Below are positions 10,003 through 20,600 of a DNA stretch of 64,000 nt, in pieces. The stretch's first letter is position 1. Every line of letters starts with the position of its first letter. The notes under the pieces are model-generated. The model saw only the letters and a program-made list of their open reading frames with translations. It did not search any database and was not told the DNA's origin. Origin of the DNA: Dehalococcoidia bacterium (GTDB lineage: Bacteria; Chloroflexota; Dehalococcoidia; GIF9; AB-539-J10); NCBI GenBank assembly GCA_030612025.1, contig JAUWOR010000002.1:64001-128000 (forward strand), in the 5' to 3' direction. The position numbers were made by a program, and so were the translations under genes.

Positions 10003-10956
10003 ATGGTTAAGCTTAAGTTGGCTCTCTATTGGGCAGCTACTTGTGGTGGTTGCGACGTAGCTGTCCTAGACACAAATGAAAAGATACTTGATATAGTTAA
10101 TATTGCTGATATCGTGTTTTGGCCTATAGCTATGGACTTTAAACGCCATCACGTTGAGGCTATGGAGGATAAAAGTATTGATGTCTGCTTATTCAATGGG
10201 GCAGTGAGGAACTCTGAGCTAGAGGATATTGCTAAGCTGCTTCGAGCCAAATCGAAAACGATGGTCGCCTTTGGCTCCTGCGCCTGCTTCGGCGGCATAC
10301 CATCGCTAGCTAACCTCACCAACCGAAGGGAGATATTTGAGCGCACCTATGTAGAGGCGCCATCTAATGTTAATCCCAAGAGGGTTTTTCCAAAAACTAA
10401 GACCAAGGTCAGCGAGGGAGAACTAGAGCTCCCCGAATTCTATGATACTGTACTGGCTCTGGGGCAAGTGGTGCCGGTGGAATACTTCGTCCCTGGCTGC
10501 CCACCACCGGTAGACCTCATACTCAAGGTGGTGGATGCCCTGGCTACAAATCAATTGCCACCGCCAGGCGCTACTATAGCTGCAGAGAAGACCCTTTGCG
10601 ATGAGTGCCCTCGCAAAAAAGAGGAGAAAAGAATTACCAAAATCTATCGCCCTCACGAGATCATCCCCGACCCCGAGAGATGTCTTTTGGAACAGGGGAT
10701 AATCTGCATGGGTCCAGCCACCAGAGGAGGTTGCGGTGCCAGGTGCATTGAGGCAAATATGCCCTGCCGTGGCTGCTTCGGACCACCAGCGGGCGTTTAT
10801 GACCAAGGAGCAAAGATGCTCAGTGCCCTAGCTTCTATTTACGATGTAAAGGACGAGAAGGAGATCGCCAGAATGGTGGAAGAGATAATCGATCCGGCGG
10901 GCACCTTTTACCGCTTCGGAATGTCTACTTCACTTTTGCAAAGAAAAAGAATGTAG
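10003..10956 (+). CDS. mvhG: Group 3c [NiFe]-hydrogenase small subunit
   Basis: RBS aggagg then ATG at 10003; AATCGGCD, GSCACFGG, PGCPP, CMGPATRGGCGARC, PCRGCFG. Confidence 0.92.
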   Translation: MVKLKLALYWAATCGGCDVAVLDTNEKILDIVNIADIVFWPIAMDFKRHHVEAMEDKSIDVCLFNGAVRNSELEDIAKLLRAKSKTMVAFGSCACFGGIPSLANLTNRREIFERTYVEAPSNVNPKRVFPKTKTKVSEGELELPEFYDTVLALGQVVPVEYFVPGCPPPVDLILKVVDALATNQLPPPGATIAAEKTLCDECPRKKEEKRITKIYRPHEIIPDPERCLLEQGIICMGPATRGGCGARCIEANMPCRGCFGPPAGVYDQGAKMLSALASIYDVKDEKEIARMVEEIIDPAGTFYRFGMSTSLLQRKRM

Positions 10957-10965
10957 GAGTAACAG

Positions 10966-12426
10966 ATGAGAAAAATAACTATTGACCCGATAACCAGACT
11001 CGAAGGACATGGCAAGATAGAAATCTTTCTTGACGAAGAAGGTAATGTAGCTAATGCTTATTTGCAGATCCCGGAGCTTCGTGGTTTTGAAAAATTCTGC
11101 GAGGGGCGCCCAGTGGAGGAGTTGCCACGGATAACACCAAGAATTTGTGGTGTCTGCCCCTCAGCACACCACATGGCTTCCACTAAGGCTACCGATGCCG
11201 TGTACCATGTTGACCCACCATTAGCAGCCAAGAAGCTCAGGGAACTCTTCTACTGTGCCCATATGATTCACTCCCATATAGCTCACTTCTATGTCTTGGC
11301 TGGCCCTGATTTCATCCCGGGCTATGATGCCCCACCAGCGGAGCGGAATATCTTAGGGCTTATTAAGAAGGTGGGACTAGAGATCGGCAGCGAGGTGATA
11401 AAGCACAGGGCTTATGCCCAAGATATCCAAGCAACCATCGGTGGCAAGGCAACACACCCCGTCTGCGGTCTCCCTGGTGGGATGAGCAGGGTTATAACTG
11501 AGGAGGAAAGAAAGGATTTTGAGGAGAAGGCAAAATCGCTTGTTGAGTTTGGCAAGTTTGGGCTGAAGCTGTTTGATGAGCAGGTATTAGCCAATAAAAA
11601 ATACCTCGATTTAATCACCGGCGATGTCTACTTTATGAAGAGCTACTACATGGGCATGGTAGATGGTAATAACAAGGTGAACTTCTATGATGGAGATATC
11701 AGGGTAGTGGATGAGGATGGCAAGGAGGTAGCCAAATTTAAAGCTCCTGAATATCTGGAGTATATCTCAGAGCGCACCGAGCCCTGGTCTTACCTCAAGT
11801 TCCCTTACCTGAAGAAAGTTGGCTGGAAGGGAATGGTTGAGGGAAAGGACAGTGGCATCTATCGAGTGAATTCCTTAGCTCGGCTCAACGTCGCTGATGG
11901 CATGGCAACACCTTTGGCTCAGGAGGCATATGAGAAATTTTATCAAACCCTTGGCGGCAAGCCAGTTCATGCCACCCTGGCTTTCCACTGGGCAAGGCTT
12001 ATCGAGATTTTGTATGCTGCGGAGCGCCTTCTAGAACTGGCCAAGGATAAAGAAGTAACCGACACCAATATTCGCACCATTCCCACCGCTATCCCAGATG
12101 AAGGTGTGGGTGTGGTGGAAGCACCCCGAGGCACCCTATATCACCACTACCAGACGGATGAGAGAGGTATCGTTCAAAAGGTGAATCTGATTGTAGCTAC
12201 GGTGCAGAATAACCCAGCAATGAACATGTCGGTGAAGAAAGCTGCTCAGGGAGTTATCAAGAAAGGGAAAGAAATTAGCGAGCCTCTTTTGAATATGGTG
12301 GAGATGGCCTTCCGTGCCTATGACCCCTGTATGGCTTGTGCTACTCATTCTCTTCCCGGGCAGATGCCCTTGGAAATCAATATCTACGATTCGGATGGAA
12401 ATATCTGCCAGAGCTTGAGAAGATAG
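10966..12426 (+). CDS. mvhA: Group 3c [NiFe]-hydrogenase large subunit
   Basis: IDPITRLEGH, RICGVC (L1), AYDPCMACATH (L2) plus cleavable C-terminal extension. Confidence 0.95.
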   Translation: MRKITIDPITRLEGHGKIEIFLDEEGNVANAYLQIPELRGFEKFCEGRPVEELPRITPRICGVCPSAHHMASTKATDAVYHVDPPLAAKKLRELFYCAHMIHSHIAHFYVLAGPDFIPGYDAPPAERNILGLIKKVGLEIGSEVIKHRAYAQDIQATIGGKATHPVCGLPGGMSRVITEEERKDFEEKAKSLVEFGKFGLKLFDEQVLANKKYLDLITGDVYFMKSYYMGMVDGNNKVNFYDGDIRVVDEDGKEVAKFKAPEYLEYISERTEPWSYLKFPYLKKVGWKGMVEGKDSGIYRVNSLARLNVADGMATPLAQEAYEKFYQTLGGKPVHATLAFHWARLIEILYAAERLLELAKDKEVTDTNIRTIPTAIPDEGVGVVEAPRGTLYHHYQTDERGIVQKVNLIVATVQNNPAMNMSVKKAAQGVIKKGKEISEPLLNMVEMAFRAYDPCMACATHSLPGQMPLEINIYDSDGNICQSLRR

Positions 12427-12427
12427 T

Positions 12428-12892
12428 TTGAAAACTCTCGTTTTAGGTATAGGGAATCCAATATTAGGAGATGACGGTATAGGTTTTTGTGCTGCTCAAG
12501 AGCTAGCAAGTAAAGTTAAAGATGCAAACATAGCTGTAAAAGATGCCAACACCCACGGTTTAAACTTATTAGAGCTTATTGCTGGGTACGATAGAGTAAT
12601 TATAGTGGATGCGATTAAGACTGAGAATGGAGAAGTAGGGCGAATATATAAGCTCAGACCAGAAGATTTCACTAATATTGTGCATTTCGCCACCTCGCTG
12701 CATGATACAAACCTTGCTACCACAATCGAAATCGGCAAAAAACTTTTAGCGGAGCAGATGCCAGATGAAATAATAATATTTGCAGTAGAGGTTGAAGAGG
12801 TGATAAAGTTTACCGAAGAGATGACGGAAAAGGTAAAGGAAACTATTCCAAAGGTTGTAAATCTTGTCTTGGGGGAGATTGGTTCAACGTAA
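12428..12892 (+). CDS. Hydrogenase maturation protease (HyaD/HybD family)
   Basis: LVLGIGNPILGDDGIG, IIVDAI, SLHD. Confidence 0.92.
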   Translation: MKTLVLGIGNPILGDDGIGFCAAQELASKVKDANIAVKDANTHGLNLLELIAGYDRVIIVDAIKTENGEVGRIYKLRPEDFTNIVHFATSLHDTNLATTIEIGKKLLAEQMPDEIIIFAVEVEEVIKFTEEMTEKVKETIPKVVNLVLGEIGST

Positions 12893-12918
12893 CCCGAATG
12901 TGACCTTGGGATGGTGGT

Positions 12919-13533
12919 TTGATAATGACTTCCATTATTCTTGCCGGCGGCAACAGCTCAAGGTTTGGTTGGAATAAAGCTCTCGAAATTATCAATGGTA
13001 AGAATCTTGTTCAGCGTGTAGTTAACCGCCTTATCTCTCTTAGCAAGGAGATCATTATAGTAACTGCCCAGAACGAAAGCCTTTCTTGCTCTCCCTCCTT
13101 CCCAATGATAAAAACAGTGGCTGATATTCATCCCGGCAAAGGTCCGCTTTGTGGCATCTATTCAGGTCTACTCTTATCGTCTTGCTCACGGGCCATCGTT
13201 GTTGGCTGCGATATGCCATTTCTAAACATTGCTTTGCTTAACTACATGACTCAGCTCTCCCCAGCTTTTGATATTGTCGTCCCCCGTATAGGAGAGAGGA
13301 TAGAGCCACTCTGTGCAATATATTCTAAGAATTGTTTAGTCCCTATCCACAAGTTACTAAAGCGTAATGAGCTAAGGATTGGTGAGCTTTTTAGCGTAGT
13401 TAGGACGAGGTATGTCAAAGAGGATGAGATCAATAAGTTTGACCCAGCGCACTTAAGCTTTTTCAATATAAACACCCAAACTGACCTGGATGAGGCAAGG
13501 AGGCTAGCAGTCGAGAAATGCCTCTTGTTATAG
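12919..13533 (+). CDS. mobA: Molybdenum cofactor guanylyltransferase
   Basis: IILAGGNSSRFG.NK, GPLCGIYSG, GCDMPF, EPLCAIYS, FFNINT. Confidence 0.92.
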   Translation: MIMTSIILAGGNSSRFGWNKALEIINGKNLVQRVVNRLISLSKEIIIVTAQNESLSCSPSFPMIKTVADIHPGKGPLCGIYSGLLLSSCSRAIVVGCDMPFLNIALLNYMTQLSPAFDIVVPRIGERIEPLCAIYSKNCLVPIHKLLKRNELRIGELFSVVRTRYVKEDEINKFDPAHLSFFNINTQTDLDEARRLAVEKCLLL

Positions 13534-14198
13534 CAATTACGGGCAAATCTGATGCAGGCAAAACATCTCTAATTAAGGGACTTATACCCGAGATGAAAAA
13601 AAGAGGATATAAAGTTGCTGCTGTTAAGAATTGCCCGCATGGCTTCGATTTGGATGTTGAAGGGAAGGATTCATGGCATTTTACTAAGGCTGGGGCTGGG
13701 GGTATCCTTCTCCAGTCCCCATCAGAACTCGGACTCATTCGCACGAAAGGCAATACAGCTGGCAGCTTAAATGAGGTGGCGAAATATTATCTAGCCGACT
13801 TCGATCTTGTACTAGCCGAAGGTTTTGCCCAAGATACCAGCACAAGGAGGATAGAGGTACTCCGTAAGGGGATGAGCCCAGAGCTTGAGTCTCCCCAGGA
13901 AAGATTGGTTGCAATTGTAACTGATTTTGCCTTCTCCATAGACAAACCAACCTTTAAGCCTACCGAACTCTCTGAGCTTGCGGATTTTATCGAAAATGTC
14001 ATAAAGGTGGATAAAGAAAGTAAGCCTCATGTTGAGCTTAGCATAAATAAAAAGCCCGTCTACCTAAATGAATTCGCCCAGAGCATGATAAAGGGCACGA
14101 TTACCGGACTCGTGGCTTCTTTAAAAAGGGAAGACAAGGAATTAAGGGAAATCGAAGTAAGAATCCCCCCTTCTGAGGAGGTAAAAAAAGATGAATAG
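13518..14198 (+). CDS. mobB: Molybdopterin-guanine dinucleotide biosynthesis protein B
   Basis: ITGKSDAGKT Walker A, GKDSWHF..AGA, DLVLAEGF. Confidence 0.9.
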   Translation: MPLVIAITGKSDAGKTSLIKGLIPEMKKRGYKVAAVKNCPHGFDLDVEGKDSWHFTKAGAGGILLQSPSELGLIRTKGNTAGSLNEVAKYYLADFDLVLAEGFAQDTSTRRIEVLRKGMSPELESPQERLVAIVTDFAFSIDKPTFKPTELSELADFIENVIKVDKESKPHVELSINKKPVYLNEFAQSMIKGTITGLVASLKREDKELREIEVRIPPSEEVKKDE

Positions 14199-14841
14199 GT
14201 CTTTAGAAACCAACATAAGAGATGCTTTACTTATCATTTTAATTTGTGGAACGGTCTGGGGCTGCGTTGAAGCAGGCCTGGGGCTATTGCCTAAGTATCC
14301 CTTCTCCTCTGTCCCGCCAACGTTAATAGGCCTTATGGTTTTGGCTTTGGCTCGAACTTACTTGCCCAAACCTGGCTCATCAACGGCTACTGGTGCCATT
14401 GCCATGCTTTATCGGGCGATGACCGCCCATGGCTGGCCCTGTCACATATGGGCAGTGCTCCTGATCGGGGTTTCCTTCGATGTAGTAGCTACACTGCTAG
14501 CCAGAAAGAATGAAAGGTTAGCCTGGAGGATTGTTAGTGGGCCAGCTACTGCTTACCTAGCCTATGCCCTTTTTGGATTTACTATGATCTATATTATGCT
14601 TTATATACCACCTATGAAACATTGTGCTCATTGGTGGGTAATAGGAGGGTTGCCCAAGATTTTAAATTACATTGGCAAAAGCGGAAGCCTTGCGGCTGTC
14701 GGCTCGACAGTTTTCGTACCTCTGGGGTATTGGCTGGGCTCTTTAACAGCTAGTATAAAGGTAAGCCAGCGACGGGCTATGATGGGGGCAGGATTTATTC
14801 TTGCTGCTCTCTGGATCCTTGGGTTTGCTATCTTCCCTTGA
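14191..14841 (+). CDS. Multi-pass membrane protein, possibly ECF S-component-like
   Basis: About 6 hydrophobic segments, 216 aa, overlaps the mobB stop; His/Cys motifs HGWPCH and KHCAHW. Confidence 0.6.
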   Translation: MNRSLETNIRDALLIILICGTVWGCVEAGLGLLPKYPFSSVPPTLIGLMVLALARTYLPKPGSSTATGAIAMLYRAMTAHGWPCHIWAVLLIGVSFDVVATLLARKNERLAWRIVSGPATAYLAYALFGFTMIYIMLYIPPMKHCAHWWVIGGLPKILNYIGKSGSLAAVGSTVFVPLGYWLGSLTASIKVSQRRAMMGAGFILAALWILGFAIFP

Positions 14842-14911
14842 CTTGCGGTGGCGAATGGTTAAGCTGCTGACTGAAACAATAAAAGCGGTAAATTAGGAAA
14901 AGGCGAAAGAA

Positions 14912-14980
14912 AAACGTCTTGTGCCTACGACGTGTCCCATATTGTGGCTGCGGCTTAAATATGGTCGTTGAAGAAGGCAC
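14912..14980 (+). pseudogene. Frameshifted N-terminal relic of a formate dehydrogenase alpha subunit
   Basis: KRLVPTTCP then, after a +1 shift, YCGCGLNMVVEEG; resembles the FdhA motif TTCPYCGxGC. Confidence 0.6.
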
Positions 14981-14986
14981 AAGTGC

Positions 14987-17659
14987 TCATAGTTTCTCCA
15001 CTCTAACTGCTGCGACTTTGAGTTCAGGAATTTTGGATATCGGGTCTAGCTTGGGGTTGGTGAGGATATTGGCAGGGCTTTCAGCGAAATGGAAAGTCAT
15101 AAACACCACTCCAGGGGGCGATGCCTCAGTTATCTTGGCTTTAGTGAGGATTTCACCGCGCCGAGAACTGACTCTAACTTTATCACCCTGAGCTATGCCA
15201 AGTTGTGAAGCATCCTCGGGGCTGATTTCCACAGTACCTTCAGGTTCTATAATATTAAGTCCGGCTACTTTACGAGTCATTGTCCCGGTATGAAAGTGAT
15301 ATAAGCTGCGCCCTGTGGTGAGAATCAAAGGATAGTCTTCGTCTGGCGACTCTCCTGGGGGAACATATTTTAGCGGGATAAATCTGCCTTTCCCCCTGAC
15401 AAAAGTATTCACATGGAGTATTGGTGTACCTGGATGGTCATCGGTAGGGCAAGGCCATTGGAGTCCACCGCTCTCTAAACGCTGGTAACTTATGCCACCA
15501 TAGCTGGGAGTAAGATAGCGAATTTCCTCCATTATATCAAAGGGGTGGCTATAATCAAAGCCTCCAGCCTCTAACCTTTTGGCTATTTGGCAAATAATCC
15601 ACCAATCAGGATGGGAATCGCCAATTGGCTCAATAGCCTTCCTTACCCGCTGCACTCGCCGCTCGGTATTAGTGAAGGTGCCGTTCTTCTCAGCAAAGCT
15701 CACTGCAGGCAAGACAACATGGGCAAACTTTGCTGTTTCAGAAAGGAAAATGTCCTGAACCACAAGAAACTCAAGTTTAGCTAGCGTCTCCCGGACATGG
15801 CCAACATCAGGATCGCTTAATGCCGGGTTCTCACCAATGAGGTATAGCGCCTTTATCTCTTTCCGGTAAGCGGCTTCAAGCATCTCAATCAAGGTTAGCC
15901 CTGGAGATGAGGGTAATGAGCATCTCCAGGCAATTTCAAATTTCTCTCTGATAGCTGGACTGGCTACTGCCTGGTAACCAGGATAGACATTGGGCAGGGC
16001 ACCCATATCGCAAGCACCTTGCACATTGTTTTGACCCCTGAGTGGATTAACCCCGGTTGAGGGCTTGCCTACATTCCCGGTGAGCATTGCCAGGTTGGCA
16101 GTAGCCATCACATTGTCGGTGCCATGGGAATGCTGGGTGATACCCATGGCATAGAGGATGGTGGCTGGACTATTGGTGGCAAACATACGGGCTGCTTGAG
16201 CTATTTTGTCACGTGGCACTCCACAGACGGGCTCAACAAAATCGAGAGCAAAATCATTTAATGCCTGCTTGAAGGCATCAAGGTTTTCACATCTCTCCTC
16301 GATAAAGGCTGAGTCAAGCAGCCCCTCGTCCACTATAACCCGCATCATGCCCATAAGTAAGGCAACATCTGTGCCAGGGTTATGCCGTAGCCAGAGGCTG
16401 GCAAAGCGGCAAAGGTCGATCTCACGGGGGTTAGCTACAATGAGCTTTGCTCCTTTATCTACTGCTCTTTTCACCTCAAGCCCGATCACGGGGTGGTCTT
16501 CTGTGGTGTTGGTGCCGATAGCTAAAATGCAAGCGGCGTTACCAATTCCGTTGATGGAATTAGTCATAGCCCCGCTGCCAAAGCTTTGGACAAGGCCAGC
16601 TACAGTAGGAGCGTGACACAGTCGGGCACAGTGATCAACATTGTTAGTACCCAATACCGCTCGGGCAAATTTTTGCATGACATAGTTCTCCTCGTTGGTG
16701 CACTTGGCCGATGCAATCACTCCTATCTCGTCTGCTTTATAGCCTTTCAATTTCCTAGCCACCAGATCTAGTGCCTCATCCCAGGATGTCTCTTTCAACT
16801 CTCCATTCCTTCTTATTAGGGGAGAAGTTAAACGCTGGGGATGATGGACGAATTCTGCGATACCGAAACGACCTTTGACACATGCTTGGCCATGATTAAC
16901 TGTACCATCTGGAACAGGGACAGAACTTATTATCCTCTCATCCTTGACCTCGAGCTTGAGTTGGCAGCCAACTCCACAATATGGGCAAGTAGTAACTACT
17001 TCACGGTCAGGCAAGCCCTCCCACTTATTAGCTCTTTCCATCAGGGCTCCGGTAGGACAAGCATCAATACAAGCTCCACAGAATTCACAGCTTACTTCCT
17101 GAAGCGGCTGATTGAAAGCGGTGCCTATCAAAGTTTCACTCCCTCGATAGGTAAAGGAGATGGCTCCCACCTTACGTACCTCTTGACACACACGGACGCA
17201 GCGACCACAAAGAATGCACAGGTTATAATCTCGGTCGAAGAATGGGTTTTCCCTGTTAACAGGGAGCTCCTTATAAGTATAAGGGAGAGTTACTTTCTCC
17301 AGTCCGATATAGCGAGCAACCCTCTGTAGCTCACAATTTAGATTTTTGGGGCAGGTGAGGCAGGAATATGGATGCTCGCTTAAAATCAGCTCCATTATGT
17401 TACGGCGAAGCTCCTGCAATTTTGGGGTATTGGTATGGACTACCAATCCTTCAGTCGCTGGGGTAGTGCATGCTGGGGGAAAACCGCGCATCCCCTCGAT
17501 GTCCACAATGCACAGGCGGCAAGCACCAAAGGGAATTAGGTCTGGATAGTAGCAAAGCGTAGGAATATAGATACCAGCTTCCAGGGCTGCCTCCAAAATT
17601 GTAGCCTCCCTTTTCGCTTTTACTTCCTTTTCGTCAATAATCAAAGTAACAGTATCCAT
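14987..17659 (-). CDS. fdhA: Formate dehydrogenase alpha subunit (NuoG-like Fe-S N-terminus, Mo/W-bisPGD, Cys form)
   Basis: IPTLC, CILCGRCVRVC, TTCPYCGVGC, NNVDHCARLCH, LRGQNNVQGACD, GTFTNTERRVQ. Confidence 0.95.
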   Translation of the reverse strand: MDTVTLIIDEKEVKAKREATILEAALEAGIYIPTLCYYPDLIPFGACRLCIVDIEGMRGFPPACTTPATEGLVVHTNTPKLQELRRNIMELILSEHPYSCLTCPKNLNCELQRVARYIGLEKVTLPYTYKELPVNRENPFFDRDYNLCILCGRCVRVCQEVRKVGAISFTYRGSETLIGTAFNQPLQEVSCEFCGACIDACPTGALMERANKWEGLPDREVVTTCPYCGVGCQLKLEVKDERIISSVPVPDGTVNHGQACVKGRFGIAEFVHHPQRLTSPLIRRNGELKETSWDEALDLVARKLKGYKADEIGVIASAKCTNEENYVMQKFARAVLGTNNVDHCARLCHAPTVAGLVQSFGSGAMTNSINGIGNAACILAIGTNTTEDHPVIGLEVKRAVDKGAKLIVANPREIDLCRFASLWLRHNPGTDVALLMGMMRVIVDEGLLDSAFIEERCENLDAFKQALNDFALDFVEPVCGVPRDKIAQAARMFATNSPATILYAMGITQHSHGTDNVMATANLAMLTGNVGKPSTGVNPLRGQNNVQGACDMGALPNVYPGYQAVASPAIREKFEIAWRCSLPSSPGLTLIEMLEAAYRKEIKALYLIGENPALSDPDVGHVRETLAKLEFLVVQDIFLSETAKFAHVVLPAVSFAEKNGTFTNTERRVQRVRKAIEPIGDSHPDWWIICQIAKRLEAGGFDYSHPFDIMEEIRYLTPSYGGISYQRLESGGLQWPCPTDDHPGTPILHVNTFVRGKGRFIPLKYVPPGESPDEDYPLILTTGRSLYHFHTGTMTRKVAGLNIIEPEGTVEISPEDASQLGIAQGDKVRVSSRRGEILTKAKITEASPPGVVFMTFHFAESPANILTNPKLDPISKIPELKVAAVRVEKL

Positions 17660-17681
17660 GCTTACTCTCTCTTAATCAAAT

Positions 17682-20600
17682 TTACTCCCGCTCCTCCAAG
17701 TCGCATCTCAAGCACCGCGTTGCCTCCTCAATGGCTAATTCCTCACTAAGGCTAAGTTCCACCTCAGCAAAACTACCAAGTCGCTCGCCTAAAGGCAGAG
17801 TAGGTATTGGGAGACGATGCTTCTCCCCCTCGTCAATTTCAGGCAGCGCCTCTAGCTCTTCAGGTGGCGCCAGCTTTTCGTCTATCACTCCCTTGCCACC
17901 TAAATATTTATCAATCGAGATTGCTGCCTGCCTTCCAGCAGCGATGGCCTCGATGACTGTGGCTGGTCCAGTCACGGCATCGCCGCCAGCAAAGACAGCC
18001 TCCCTACCCGTAGCTAAAGTATAAGTGTCAACCTGGAACGTATTTCCCCTTCCCAGGGGGAGCCCGAATTGATCTGGAGTCTCTGGCATCTGACCGATAG
18101 CAGCAATCACAGTATTAAAGCTCGAGCTGAATTCACTGCCTTCGATTGGCACTGGGCGTCGTCTACCACTGGTATCCACCGCCCCCAGCTTCATGCGAAT
18201 GCATATAAGCTCCACCACACTGTCTTTGCTCTCTATTCTAATCGGGGCAGCAAGGAACTCTATCTTCACCCCTTCATGTATTGCCTCATTTATTTCTTCC
18301 TCGCTTGCTGGCATCTCAGTCCTAGTGCGGCGATAGATAATGGTTACCTCCTTGGCGCCAAGTCGAAGTGCGTTGCGGGAAGCATCTATGGCGACATTGC
18401 CCCCGCCGATGATTGCTACTCTGCTCCCTACCCTAACTTTATTCCCCATATTTATCTCTCTGAGAAAGGATATGCCTTCCATAACCTCAGGACTATCCTC
18501 TCCTTCAACCCTTAGCTTAGCCCCTTGGTGAGCGCCAATGGCAAGGAAAATGGCGTTATAACCATCGGCAAAAAGCCCGTCTAAGGAGTTGATTTTTGCA
18601 TTTGTCCTTATGTCAACTCCAACACTCCTTATCTCCTCAATTTCCTCAGCTAATACCTTTCGGGGCAAGCGATACTCGGGAATGCCGTACCTCATCATGC
18701 CACCTGGCTCAGGGAGCGCCTCGAACACAGTAACGGTATGTCCTCGCTTCGCCAGGTAATAGGCTGCAGTAAGTCCTGCTGGCCCGGAGCCAACGATGGC
18801 AACTTGCTTTCCTGTAGCTGGAGCTATTTTTGCCCTCATTTTCCAAAGTCCATTGCCCCTCTCTGCGGCAAAGCGCTTGAGCACCCTTATGGCAATTGAG
18901 TCATCTAGTAGTCCTCGCCGACATTTGGCTTCACAGGGATGGGGACAGACACGCCCACAAACTGAGGGGAAGGGTATTTTCTCTCGAATTACCGCCAACG
19001 CTTGGTCAAACTGCCCCTGACTAATGAAGCGAATATAGCGAGGTACGTCTACACCAGCGGGACAGGTATGGCTGCAAGGTGCTTTGACCAGCCCCTTACA
19101 GACCGCAGCAGGACATTTCTTTCTCTTGATATGGGCTTCATATTCATCACGGAAGTAGCGGATGGTGCTCAGCACTGGATTGGGTGCTGTTCCCCCTAAG
19201 GCGCAGAGCGAGCCATCCCTGACTGTTTCAGCAAGCTGCTGTAATTTATCAATGTCACCGTCTTGCCCCTCTCCACGAGTTATGCGTTCCAAGATATCGA
19301 GCATCTGTCTTGTGCCCACTCGACAGGGGGCACACTTTCCACAGGATTCAGCTTGAACAAAGGTGAGGAAGAATTTGGCAAAATCAACTATGCAAGTATC
19401 TTCGTCAGCCACGATCATGCCACCTGAGCCCATAATGGAGCCCGCTTGGGTCAAAGCTTCATAATCTACAGGTAGGTCTAAGAGCTCAGCGGGAAGGCAG
19501 CCTCCAGAAGGACCACCAGTCTGCACCGCCCTAAACTGCTTATCGTCAGCAATGCCACCTCCAATATCATAGACGATCTCACGAAGGGTGATGCCTAAGG
19601 GAACTTCAATGAGTCCGGTGCGCTTTATCTTTCCCGCCAAAGCAAAAGTCTTTGTTCCTTTGCTCCCCTCGGTTCCATATTGGGCATACCAATCTGCGCT
19701 TTTTTGCAAAATCGCCGCCACAGCGGCAAGGGTTTCTACATTATTGATATTGGTTGGTTTGCCCCAGATGCCTGATTGAGCGGGGAAGGGAGGACGGGGG
19801 CGGGGCATACCCCGTTTACCCTCAATGGAAGCCATCAATGCTGTTTCTTCGCCGCAGACGAAAGCTCCTGCTCCCTCTTTGATTTCTATGTCGAAATTGA
19901 AGCCTGAACCAAGGATATTTGCCCCCAGAAGCCCATATTCCTTCATCTTAGCAAGGGCAATATTCAATCGTTCTAGAGCCAGTGGGTATTCGGCGCGGCA
20001 ATAGATATAGCCATGTGTTGCCCCTATAGTGTAGGCAGCAATAAGCATTCCCTCCAGAACAGCATGTGGGTCTCCTTCCAAGACGGATCGATTCATAAAG
20101 GCCCCAGGGTCTCCTTCATCGGCATTGCAAACGAGGTATTTTTCCCTGCCGGGAGATTTACGGCAGAAATCCCACTTGAGCCATGTAGGGAAGCCAGCAC
20201 CACCTCGCCCCCTGAGCCCCGACTTTTTAATCTCCCCTATAATTTCCCCCGGGCTCATTTTAAGTACCCGGGCAAATCCGCTATAGCCACCACGGGCAAT
20301 ATAGTGATTAATATTTTCGGGATCAATAGTTCCACAATTTCTCAGAATGATGCGAACCTGCGGTTTGAGCATGGGCAAATCAAAGAATCTGGGAATACCC
20401 TCAATGCTATCATCACCTATAGTGCCTAAGGCGAGGTCTGGGCGAGGATTATCTTTAATCAGATAATCCTCGATGAGCTCGGGCACAATTTCAGGGGTGA
20501 TATTGCCATAGCAAATGCGGGGGCGACCTGGCTTGATGATATCAACTAAAGGCTCAAGATAACATAGCCCGACACATCCCACCTGTATCACAATAGCATC

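Noticed and set aside
1390-17659. Selenocysteine recoding in HdrA, MvhD, MvhA or FdhA
   Set aside because: All relevant positions are Cys in uninterrupted ORFs (e.g. HCARLCH, DPCMAC); no in-frame TGA is needed
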